From Candidatus Latescibacterota bacterium (GTDB taxonomy: Bacteria; Latescibacterota; UBA2968; UBA8231): 64,000 bases of DNA. The translations under genes were made by a program, and so were the position numbers. The DNA lies in assembly GCA_965221775.1 (NCBI GenBank), contig CBDCSU010000006.1, positions 1,632,001 to 1,696,000 on the forward strand, given 5' to 3'. Of this stretch, positions 19,381 through 28,092 are shown in pieces. Numbering within the stretch: the stretch's first letter is position 1; the number at the start of each line of letters is the position of its first letter. Below the pieces are notes generated by a model. That model had not been told where the DNA came from and did no database searches. It saw nothing but the letters and a program-made list of their open reading frames with translations.

Positions 19381-21030
19381 ATGAGACGTCTCTTGCCGAT
19401 TCTCCTCGGCCTGCTCTTGACCGCCGACTGCGTGCCGGCCGGTACCGCGCAGGAGCACTATCAGGCGGCCCTCATGCAGGAGAAGGGCAAGGGCGATCTC
19501 GAGAAAGCCATCCTCCTGTACGAGGACGCGATCGGGTCCCATGAGGAGGGTGAGGAGGGCACCGACAGCCTGGCGGCCCGGGCGAAGCTGCGCATCTGGC
19601 TTTGCCAGCAGAAGCTGGGCCTGGCCCGGGCGCGCCGGACCTACGAGGCCGTGATCGAAGAGTACCGGGAGGAGCCGCAGGCAAAGATCGAAGTGGCGCG
19701 CAACCTGAGATCCACTCGGCGCCGGCAGGTCGTCGACTCCCTAGCCCTTCCCAAGAAGCTCAAGGATCTCCTGGGGCAGGCAGCGACAGATTCTCTCCTC
19801 CAGGAGATCCAGCAACTTCAGATCGAAGCCCGGCAGCATCCGGAAGGGGTCAGTCCCCAGATTCGGGTCATCAGGGGTTCTCCCCGGACCTCACCCACCT
19901 CCGATCAGCGGTACCACGAGTACGCCAATACGCCCGTGGTGGTACCCTACTCCTATGAGGAGGTGGCCGAGGTGCCCTTGCACTGGAAGTTCCGCCTCGA
20001 GGTGGACGACCCGCATCCGCAACGCCAAGCCTACTCCGCCCCGGGATTCGACGATACGGACTGGTCGATCATCTCCATCGGACGGGCCTGGGAAGACCAG
20101 GGATACGCCGGTTACGACGCGGGAGCCTGGTACCGGACCACCATCACCGTGGCCGCCGACTCCGTGCGGCCGGTGCTCATGGCATTCGGCGGCGTGGACA
20201 ATGACGCCTTCGTGTATGTCAACGGCCGGCTTGCTGGCCAGCACCACTCATGGGATCTCCCGTTCATTCTCGATGTCAGCGACCATGTGGTGCGCGATGG
20301 CGAGAACGTTGTGGCCCTCTTTGTCTACGACGGGGCCAACATGGGAGGGGTGTACGGCCTGATCAACGTGCATCAGCCCACGGAAGAGGTTGATATCGGC
20401 TACTACGCTGCCAATCGGGGTGGACGCATGCACACGGTTTACAGGAGAGGTGACCGGCCGTATTTCGTACACCTCACGCGCTATGAGAAATACGCGAACC
20501 GCCCCCCGCGGGTCCCCTATCCCCACCAGATGGTGGCCGAGGTGCCCATGGAGTGGGCGTTCCGTCTCGACGTGGGGACGATGAACCCCCAGCGGCGTCG
20601 CCAGTACGCCGACCCGGACTACGACGATTCGCAGTGGACGGTTATCAGTATCGGACAGGCCTGGGAAGACCAGGGCTACCCATATGACGAGGGGGCCTGG
20701 TACCGGACCCGGTTCGTGGTGGATGCGGAGGAGGGCCGGCCCGTGCATCTGGCCTTCGGCGGGGTGGACAGAGACGCCTATGTGTACGTCAACGGCCATC
20801 TGGTCGGTCAGCACCACGTGCGGGACCGGCCGTTCATCCTCGACATCAGCAGCCAGGTGGTGCGCGACGGCGAGAATACGGTGGCGATCTACGTGTACGA
20901 CGGAGCGGACATGGGAGGTGTGTACGGCCTGATCCAGGTAGTGCAGCCCACCGGGGAAGAGAACCTCGACCGCTACCTGGTCAATCGCGGCGGCGAGGTG
21001 AAGCGGAGCTTCTGGAGCCGCTTCTTCTAG
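19381..21030 (+). CDS. Secreted protein: TPR-like N-terminus plus two tandem GH2-type galactose-binding jelly-roll domains
   Basis: Signal peptide MRRLLPILLGLL; twice W.FRL..DD..W..I.IG.AWEDQGY...WYRT..L.FGGVD..A.VYVNG...G.H; no catalytic barrel. Confidence 0.75.
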   Translation: MRRLLPILLGLLLTADCVPAGTAQEHYQAALMQEKGKGDLEKAILLYEDAIGSHEEGEEGTDSLAARAKLRIWLCQQKLGLARARRTYEAVIEEYREEPQAKIEVARNLRSTRRRQVVDSLALPKKLKDLLGQAATDSLLQEIQQLQIEARQHPEGVSPQIRVIRGSPRTSPTSDQRYHEYANTPVVVPYSYEEVAEVPLHWKFRLEVDDPHPQRQAYSAPGFDDTDWSIISIGRAWEDQGYAGYDAGAWYRTTITVAADSVRPVLMAFGGVDNDAFVYVNGRLAGQHHSWDLPFILDVSDHVVRDGENVVALFVYDGANMGGVYGLINVHQPTEEVDIGYYAANRGGRMHTVYRRGDRPYFVHLTRYEKYANRPPRVPYPHQMVAEVPMEWAFRLDVGTMNPQRRRQYADPDYDDSQWTVISIGQAWEDQGYPYDEGAWYRTRFVVDAEEGRPVHLAFGGVDRDAYVYVNGHLVGQHHVRDRPFILDISSQVVRDGENTVAIYVYDGADMGGVYGLIQVVQPTGEENLDRYLVNRGGEVKRSFWSRFF

Positions 21031-21297
21031 AGCGTCCGCCCGTTCAGTCGAAACCGCGCAAGGCCGACGCCGACTGCAGAAGGTCCGGATAGTCCTCGAC
21101 GAACTGCTCCTGGACTCCCGCGGCCGGAGCGAGGCGGATCGTGTGGAGCTCCACACCGACGTGGCGCCTCCAGTGCTTCCAGTGCCGCCGTCCCGTCATG
21201 CCATGGTCGATCGCGGTGAAGATCCGGCTCACGGACTCTTGCCCGCACGGGGGTGACCGGCGATAATGGCCCACCCCCGATCCCGATCCGAGGCCCC

Positions 21298-22170
21298 ATG
21301 GAAGACCACTCCACACTCAAGCAACTGCTCGCCCGCGACCGCATCCTGGTCGCCCCGTGCTGCTACGACATGATATCGGCGCGCCTCATCGAGCGGGCCG
21401 GCTTCGAGGCCGTCTATCTCGGCGGCTACGCTCACGTGGCGTCCCACGTCGGGCTGCCCGACGCCGGGCTGGCCACATTCTCCGAGATGCTGGAGCGGGT
21501 CCACAATCTGGTCCGCTGTGTCGGCATTCCCGTCCTCGCCGACGGCGACACCGGGTACGGGAACGCCCTGAACATGCGCCGCACCGTCCAGGAGTACGAG
21601 CAGGCCGGCGCCCAGGCGATCCAGATCGAGGACCAGGAGATGCCGAAGAAGTGCGGCCACACCCCGGGCAAGCGGCTGATCGGGGCGGAGGAGATGGCGC
21701 TGAAAGTCGAGGCGGCCGCCCATTCCCGGCGTAGCGACGACTTCCTGATCGTCGCGCGGACCGACGCCATCGCTGTCCTGGGGCTGGAGGAGGCCGTGGA
21801 GCGGGGGAAGCTCTACGAGCGGGCGGGAGCGGACGTCGTCTTTCTCGAGGCGCCGAGAACGGTGGAGGAGCTGAAGGCCGCGGCCGGATCCTTCGGCGTC
21901 CCGACGATGGCCAACCTGATCGAGGGCGGGAAGACGCCCTTCCTCTCGACGGCGGAGTTGCAGGAACTGGGGTTCAGGATCGCGGCGTATCCGCACTCCC
22001 TGATCCTCGGCTGCATCCGCTCGATCCAGAAAACGCTCAGGGCGCTCAAGGAGGATGGAACGACGCGGGCGGTGGCCGGGGAGATGTCGGATTTCGCGGA
22101 GCTGGACGAGCTGATCGGCTTTCCCGAGGCGCGGGCCTGGGAGGCGAGGTACACGCCCAAGGAGGCCTGA
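21298..22170 (+). CDS. Isocitrate lyase/PEP mutase family (2-methylisocitrate lyase/oxaloacetate decarboxylase-like)
   Basis: GLPDAG, DGDTGYGN, IEDQ..PKKCGH, ARTDA, ANLIEGGKTP. Confidence 0.9.
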   Translation: MEDHSTLKQLLARDRILVAPCCYDMISARLIERAGFEAVYLGGYAHVASHVGLPDAGLATFSEMLERVHNLVRCVGIPVLADGDTGYGNALNMRRTVQEYEQAGAQAIQIEDQEMPKKCGHTPGKRLIGAEEMALKVEAAAHSRRSDDFLIVARTDAIAVLGLEEAVERGKLYERAGADVVFLEAPRTVEELKAAAGSFGVPTMANLIEGGKTPFLSTAELQELGFRIAAYPHSLILGCIRSIQKTLRALKEDGTTRAVAGEMSDFAELDELIGFPEARAWEARYTPKEA

Positions 22171-22184
22171 TCCGCCTTCCGGTC

Positions 22185-22378
22185 GGCGCCGGCGGCTCCG
22201 GCCGCCTTCGGCGGCGCGTACGCCGGGCATCGTTGGGGGATCTATCGTGGGGGTGGTTCGAGGGGTTGGCGAGCCCCTCGCTGCGCTCGGGTCCCTGGGC
22301 CTCCGGGATGAGTAACAGTTGTTGACCCCGCCCGGCGTAGTGCGCCGCAACGGCGCGGCCTGCGCCGCCGTCACCGCC
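22185..22378. repeat. Hairpin repeat element (REPIN/MITE-like), copy 1
   Basis: Arms ggcggctccggccgccttcggcggcgcgtacgccggg and cccggcGTAGtgcgccgcaacggcgcggcctgcgccgcc; core tggcgagcccctcgctgcgctcgggt. Confidence 0.85.
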
Positions 22379-23873
22379 CTGAGGCAGAGTCGAAGCCGTA
22401 GGCGTAGAGCCGGGCCCTTCCGTAGAGCCAGAACTTCAGCCGGAAACGCTGCTCCCCCACGTCGCGGAGCCTACCCCCGCGCCAGCGCACTGCCTCGCGC
22501 CAGCCGTCGGTGCACAGGTCCCGGCAGTCCTCCCGCCGGAAGCCCTCCAGGGGCTCCAGGGTCTCGGCGTCCAGCACTTCCACCTCCACCCAGCTGCGGT
22601 TCTGGCGCACCTCTCCCACGTTGACCGTCAGCGCCGTCGAGTGGTCGATCCGCTCCACGGGAGCGGTGACCGCCCAGCCGGGCACCTCCCGGTCGGCCGA
22701 CTCGAGGCAGGTCCAACCGTCCTCCCGCAGGGTGGCCAGCCCCAGCCGCGACAGGCGGACCTGGCCGGTGCTCCCGTAGGGGTAGTGGTCGGGCGTGTTC
22801 TCGCCGGGCCAGCTGGTCCACTCCTCGCCGTTGCCGCCGTAGAAGAGGTGGATCACGCCGTCCTTGATGGCCGGCTTGTCGGCGATCACCAGCAGGCCGC
22901 TGTCCCACTCCTGGGTGCCCCCGCGCGGGATGAGCGGCTGGTGTCGGTCGACCCGCTCGAAGCGCTCGCCGTCGGCGCTGACCGCCAGGCGCACGTCGGC
23001 GTAGTAGGTGCCGTAGACGCCGTAGCCGTTCGGCACGTACCAGCCGAACTCGTAGGGCATGGCCCAGGCGCCGCCGTAGGGCGCCAGCATGACGTGATGG
23101 TTCTCGTACTCGAAGCCGTCGGCGGGGGAGAGGATCGGGTTGTGGTCCGCTTCCCGCAGGTCCTCCATGTCCGGCCCCCAGGTGAGGAACTTGGCGCGGC
23201 CCCCTTCCTTGTCCGGCTTGTCCATGGGCACCAGGGCCTGCCACACCAGCTTGAACCGCCGCGAGGGATCCGGCTCCTGGTCGTCGCGGATCAGCGCGCC
23301 GGGGTCGCCGTAGGCGAGGGAACGGTCGCGCCAGTCGGGCTGGCGCAGGCCCGGTCCCTCGGTCCAGTGGATGCCGTCCGGCGAGTAGTTCAGCCGCATG
23401 CCGCGGTTCTCGCCCGCCGCCACGGCGCCGTCGGTGCGCGGCCTCGGCCCTCGCAGGATCATCTTGTAGCGCCGGGCCGGGTCCGGCTCGGCCGGGTCCT
23501 TGATCACGGGGCCGTAGCCCATGACGACGATGTTGTTGTCGCGGGAGCCGCGGAACTCGTGCAGCCCCAGGCGCGGCTTCTCCCAGGTCACGCCGTCGGT
23601 GCTGGTGGCGTAGCCGACCGCGGTCCAGCGTTCCGGCGCGATGTCGGAGCCGGAGTACCAGGCCTTGAAGACGCGGTCCTCCTCGTCCCAGATGACCGTC
23701 GGCGACGACCACGGCCGGGCCTGGGCGGAGTCCCACTCGTGCATGTCCCCCAGGGGCAGGACCGGGTTGTTGGGGTGCTTCTCGGCCTCGCAGACGCGGC
23801 GGACGACGTGGTGGGTCTGTTCGATTCCGTTCAGAAGGAGGAAGCCGTCGCGGCTCCCGGCGGAGGTATCCAT
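22371..23873 (-). CDS. Beta-propeller glycosidase-like protein (GH32/43/130-like fold)
   Basis: KHPNNPVL, FKAWY, YATSTDGVTWEKPRLG, SPDGIHW, GLATLREDG, ARLYAY. Confidence 0.65.
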   Translation of the reverse strand: MDTSAGSRDGFLLLNGIEQTHHVVRRVCEAEKHPNNPVLPLGDMHEWDSAQARPWSSPTVIWDEEDRVFKAWYSGSDIAPERWTAVGYATSTDGVTWEKPRLGLHEFRGSRDNNIVVMGYGPVIKDPAEPDPARRYKMILRGPRPRTDGAVAAGENRGMRLNYSPDGIHWTEGPGLRQPDWRDRSLAYGDPGALIRDDQEPDPSRRFKLVWQALVPMDKPDKEGGRAKFLTWGPDMEDLREADHNPILSPADGFEYENHHVMLAPYGGAWAMPYEFGWYVPNGYGVYGTYYADVRLAVSADGERFERVDRHQPLIPRGGTQEWDSGLLVIADKPAIKDGVIHLFYGGNGEEWTSWPGENTPDHYPYGSTGQVRLSRLGLATLREDGWTCLESADREVPGWAVTAPVERIDHSTALTVNVGEVRQNRSWVEVEVLDAETLEPLEGFRREDCRDLCTDGWREAVRWRGGRLRDVGEQRFRLKFWLYGRARLYAYGFDSASGR

Positions 23874-23882
23874 GGTGTCCTT

Positions 23883-25142
23883 TCAGTTGAGGAGCAGGTC
23901 GGCAACCGGGAGTGCGAGCACCCGGGAGCTGAGCGCATGGGGCTCGGAGCAGCCGCAGGCCAGAACCCCGAACGGCGCCTCCGGATAGCTGTCGAGAAAC
24001 GCTTCGAGGCCTCGGGCGTCGTCTCCCCTTGGCCGAGCGGTCGTCTTGACTTCGAGCGGCAGGGGCGTGCGGCCGGATTCCAGGACGAAGTCCACCTCCT
24101 CCCCGGCGGCGGTGCGCCAGTGGCAGAGGGAGATCCGCGGCACCTGAAGCGACGCGAAGGCCAGGAGGTGAATGCACACCCAGTTCTCCAGCCAGGCCCC
24201 CCACTCCCGGCTCTCCTGCAGCGCTTCCGCGTCGAAGATGCCGGCGAGGTGCGCGGCGAGCCCGGTGTCGGACCAGAACAGCTTCGGCGCCTTGACGAGA
24301 CGCTTGCCGCGATTGACCGAGTATGGGGGGATTCGCAGCAACTGGAAGGAGACCTCGAGGGTTCCCAGGTACCGCCGTGCCGTCGCCGCCGAGAGACCGG
24401 CGTCGCGCGAGAGGGAGGCCGCATTGGCGAGACGTCCGTTGTGGCCGGCGACGATCTGCATGAGACTGCGAAAGTCGACGAGGTTGTCCGTTGCCGACAG
24501 GTCGCGCAGGTCTCGCTCGAGATAGGTCTGCATGTAACCGTCGAACCACCGGGTCCGGAACTCCGCATCCGGGCTCAGGCTCGGAACGGGATAGCCTCCG
24601 GCCATGATCGCCTCCCGCAAAGGGCGGGAGGGCGCGGGGGCCCGCTCGAGCCCGGAGAGGACGGCCTCGAGGGACCGCTCGCCCACCAGGAGGGAGAGAT
24701 TCCTTCCGAACTCGCGGCCCTCAACCTCGGCCCAGGTCAGTCCCGGCAGCTGGAAATACACGGCGCGACCCGCAAGGCTCTCCGACACCCGGCGCATGAG
24801 AAGCAGATTGGCGGAGCCGGTGAGAAGGAATCGGCCGGCCCGGCGGTCGGCGTCTACCGCCCGCTTGACCGCGAGCAGGAGATCCGGCTCCCTCTGAACC
24901 TCGTCGATGGTGACGCGGTTGCGGCCGATGAACAAGGCGTCGGGATCCCGTTGCGCCACCTCGCGGGTCTGGAAGTCATCGAGGGTGAGGTAGACTCGTT
25001 CCCGGGAGACCTCGGGGAGGGTGGCGATTGTCGTCTTGCCCGTTTGACGCGCCCCCTGCAACACGACGACCGGGTGTTGGCCGAGGGTGTGGGCGAGGGC
25101 GGAGGTCTGATACCTCGAAACGGTCTTGTGCAAATCGATCAT
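23883..25142 (-). CDS. ATP-binding protein, AAA_14 + DUF4143
   Basis: GARQTGKTT Walker A, IDEVQ, LTGSA, KAPKLFWSDTGL, EVDFV...EVK. Confidence 0.9.
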   Translation of the reverse strand: MIDLHKTVSRYQTSALAHTLGQHPVVVLQGARQTGKTTIATLPEVSRERVYLTLDDFQTREVAQRDPDALFIGRNRVTIDEVQREPDLLLAVKRAVDADRRAGRFLLTGSANLLLMRRVSESLAGRAVYFQLPGLTWAEVEGREFGRNLSLLVGERSLEAVLSGLERAPAPSRPLREAIMAGGYPVPSLSPDAEFRTRWFDGYMQTYLERDLRDLSATDNLVDFRSLMQIVAGHNGRLANAASLSRDAGLSAATARRYLGTLEVSFQLLRIPPYSVNRGKRLVKAPKLFWSDTGLAAHLAGIFDAEALQESREWGAWLENWVCIHLLAFASLQVPRISLCHWRTAAGEEVDFVLESGRTPLPLEVKTTARPRGDDARGLEAFLDSYPEAPFGVLACGCSEPHALSSRVLALPVADLLLN

Positions 25143-25211
25143 GTCTTGATGGATAATCCGTCACGGCATGATTGTCAAGCGGCCAGGGCCTGGAGTCTAT
25201 TGGCGGCAGGG

Positions 25212-25519
25212 GGTCCCGCGAGGGGGCGGCGTCGGCGGCTCCGGCCGCGCCTTCGAGGGCGCGTACGCCGGGCATGGTTGGGGGAGCTATCGCCGAGGGG
25301 TGATTCGGTGGGCTGGCGAGCCCCTCGCTGCGCTCGGGTCTCTGGGCCTCCGGGATGAGGACAGTTGTTGACCCCCCCGGCGTAATGCGCCGCTCGGCGC
25401 GGCCTGCGCCGCCGACACCTCCCTGGGGGGACCTGACCCCGGGAGAGCAGTCACCACCCGCCTTGTGTTTGCGGGGTGGCGCCTGCAAGGGGACCTGAAC
25501 CGGCGCAGTCCGGCGCCAC
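25212..25519. repeat. Hairpin repeat element, copy 2, with downstream gtggcgcc..ggcgccac satellite hairpin
   Basis: Same arms and core as copy 1; outer stem gtcggcggc/gccgccgac and ggtccc/gggacc. Confidence 0.85.
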
Positions 25520-25683
25520 GCCATGGGCCTTGCGCAGGGCCGTGGGGCGGGCGGCAACCCGACTCCAGCTCGTCGTAGAAGCCGAACTCCAGGGTTTCCC
25601 CGAGGCCGAGGCCGACCGGGGCGCGGGCCGGGATCACGTATACCGCTTGCTCGGTCCGCCGGCTCGCCAGGCCGCAGGACATA

Positions 25684-26238
25684 ATGATGAAGATCGATCA
25701 GACAAGGACGGAGCGGGAATGGATCCGGAAGATCCGGCTGGGCGATGGAGCGGCCTTCGAAAGACTGTTCCGCTTCTACTGCCAGCCCCTGGTGCGCTTC
25801 GTCCGCCGTTACGTGGGGGATACATCCATAGCGGAGGACCTGGTCCAGGATCTCTTCCTCGCCGTGTGGTCGAACAGGCCGCGTCTGGATCCCGAGATGA
25901 ACATCAGGACCTATCTGTATGCAGCGGCGAGAAACCGGGCGCTGAAACATCTGCGACACGGTGAAGTGGAACGCCGGAGCGCGGCAGATGTGGAACAGGC
26001 GCTGCCCCGCCAGAAGACCCCCGAGGAGGAACGACAGGGAAAGGAACTTGCCGACGGCGTTGCGGAGGCGATCGAGGCGCTCCCCGAGAGGACCCGGATC
26101 GTCTTTTCGATGAACCGGTTCGACCGCCTGACCTATGCCGAAATCGCCGAAATCCAGGGTGTCTCCATCAAGACGGTCGAGACCCAGATGGGGCGGGCCC
26201 TGAAATTCCTGCGCCACCGCCTCTCGCACTTTCTCTGA
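25684..26238 (+). CDS. ECF sigma-70 factor (FecI-like)
   Basis: AEDLVQDLF..VW, YLY.AARN, LPERTR.VF, Y.EIA....S.KTVE. Confidence 0.9.
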   Translation: MMKIDQTRTEREWIRKIRLGDGAAFERLFRFYCQPLVRFVRRYVGDTSIAEDLVQDLFLAVWSNRPRLDPEMNIRTYLYAAARNRALKHLRHGEVERRSAADVEQALPRQKTPEEERQGKELADGVAEAIEALPERTRIVFSMNRFDRLTYAEIAEIQGVSIKTVETQMGRALKFLRHRLSHFL

Positions 26239-26351
26239 ATTCCCACCGCCGCCTCCGGGTGGTTCCTTGTCAGGGTATTGGCCGCCTCGGGGGTTGTACG
26301 GATGATTGCTCCGCTCACATGTTGCTTCCTCTGAACCCGGAGATCCGGCTG

Positions 26352-27029
26352 ATGAAAAGGACCATCGGAACATTCACCCTGCTGTCTTGCGCCTTCATGC
26401 TGTACCCCGGCGAAGGATCCGCTGCAGACGGGGTCAACAGTGGAGGGGACGTGCTCAACGAGGCCCCCATCTGGCCGGTTCCGCCCGGGATGACCCTCGA
26501 GGAATACACCGACGCCAATCGCAGACTGGGCGTCGGCCTGGCCCTGATGTCCGTGCCCATCCCCGGGGCGCTGCACTTCTATGCCGGTGAAAGGAGAGAA
26601 GGGTGGATGCATGTCGGGGCCGCTGCACTGGGAGGCGCTTCCATTCTGCTCGGAGCAGCCATGCTCGACGGGAAAGAGAATGGCTGGAAAAAGACGGACT
26701 TTGAAACCGTCGACATAGAAGGAACAAGTGGTGAGGTAGTGAGATATGAGAAGATCCCTGTCGAGGAAGAAGGCGGAGTGTATACCTACCGGCTGAAAGA
26801 GCTCGAGCGCAAAGCCGAGGGGGCCGGAGCTGCATTGGTGGCTCTGGGAGCAGGATTGCTGGTGGGTCAGTTGTTGCACGACTTGGTCGACGGCATAAAG
26901 ACGATCGAGCGCAAGAGGGACGCAGTGAGGTACAAGTACGGCAAGGCAACGGGCTATGAGTTGAGCCTGAATCCCGATGCGGATATCGAGCAGGGCCGTC
27001 TCGGGGCGAGGCTTTCGCTGCGTTTCTGA
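26352..27029 (+). CDS. Hypothetical exported/membrane protein
   Basis: Signal-like MKRTIGTFTLL; PG..HFYAG motif, hydrophobic helices, terminal LSLRF. Confidence 0.65.
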   Translation: MKRTIGTFTLLSCAFMLYPGEGSAADGVNSGGDVLNEAPIWPVPPGMTLEEYTDANRRLGVGLALMSVPIPGALHFYAGERREGWMHVGAAALGGASILLGAAMLDGKENGWKKTDFETVDIEGTSGEVVRYEKIPVEEEGGVYTYRLKELERKAEGAGAALVALGAGLLVGQLLHDLVDGIKTIERKRDAVRYKYGKATGYELSLNPDADIEQGRLGARLSLRF

Positions 27030-27033
27030 AATT

Positions 27034-28092
27034 GTGAACAAGCCATCCGACTGGGCCTTGCTGGCGCGGTACCTGTCCGGCGAGTGCACTGAAGAGGAGA
27101 AGGCGGAGGTCGAGTCGGCGATCGCCTCGGATCCTGAAAAACAGCGCCTCACCCGCTTCATGCGCTCCTTGTGGGATACCCCGGAGCCGCCGGCCCGCCC
27201 CTCTGATGTAGACAGGCTGTGGGACGAACTCGCCGGGAAGACCTGGATGGCCGCGGGGTCCGGAGCGGTTCAGCACCCCGGCCGTCGCGGGATCGGCAGG
27301 CGCCTTGTCGAGTGGCTTCAGCCGCAGCCGAAGCTCGCCCGGTACTGTGCGGCCGCGGCGTCCCTGCTCATCGTCTCCTCGCTGGCGTACCACGGATTCC
27401 AGGAGACCGGGATCTACCCGTCTTCCCGGCCGGCTCGACTGTTGACGCTGGCGGTTGAGAGCAGCGCAAGCGACGAGCTCACCCTGAGCGACGGAACCCG
27501 GATCCGCCTCGACGCCGGCAGCACTCTGCGCTACCCGGAGAGCTTCCGCGGCGACGGCCGCTCGGTCTTTCTCAGCGGCGAGGGGTATTTCGAAGTGGCG
27601 CCGGACGCGGACAGGCCGTTCAGGGTCCACCTCGACGGGGCGGTGGTCGAAGTGCTCGGGACCCGGTTCAACGTCAGGGCCTGGGAGACGGAACAGAGGG
27701 TCACCGTCGCCGTGGCGGAAGGGCGGGTGGCCTTCCATTCCGAGCGGGAGAAGAGAGATGTCGAGATCGGCCCCGGGCAGATGAGCACCCTGACCGAGAG
27801 CGGTCCGCCCTCCGGACCGAGCCCCGCCGATATCGACAGGCACCTGGGGTGGATGCGCCGGGAAGCGTTCTTCGACGACGCGCCGTTACGGGACGTCCTG
27901 TTCCAGCTCGAACGCTGGTACGGCGTGCAGTTCGCTCTCGAGGATACCTCCCTGGCCGCCGAACGGCTCAGCGTGTACATCAAGGGGGAGTCTCTCGAGG
28001 ACGTTCTCGAGCTGATCTCGGTCCTGACGGGACTGGACGGCCGGCGCGATGACCGCCGGATCCTGCTGCAACCGGGAGGCATGGGCGATTGA
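27034..28092 (+). CDS. FecR family anti-sigma/signal transducer
   Basis: LARYLSGE, TM, LSDGT.I.L, V.L.GEGYFEV, VEVLGTRFNV, LERWYGV. Confidence 0.9.
   Translation: MNKPSDWALLARYLSGECTEEEKAEVESAIASDPEKQRLTRFMRSLWDTPEPPARPSDVDRLWDELAGKTWMAAGSGAVQHPGRRGIGRRLVEWLQPQPKLARYCAAAASLLIVSSLAYHGFQETGIYPSSRPARLLTLAVESSASDELTLSDGTRIRLDAGSTLRYPESFRGDGRSVFLSGEGYFEVAPDADRPFRVHLDGAVVEVLGTRFNVRAWETEQRVTVAVAEGRVAFHSEREKRDVEIGPGQMSTLTESGPPSGPSPADIDRHLGWMRREAFFDDAPLRDVLFQLERWYGVQFALEDTSLAAERLSVYIKGESLEDVLELISVLTGLDGRRDDRRILLQPGGMGD

Noticed and set aside
23883-25142. AAA/DUF4143 gene as the transposase for the repeats
   Set aside because: No HUH/Y1, DDE or recombinase motifs; common stand-alone family
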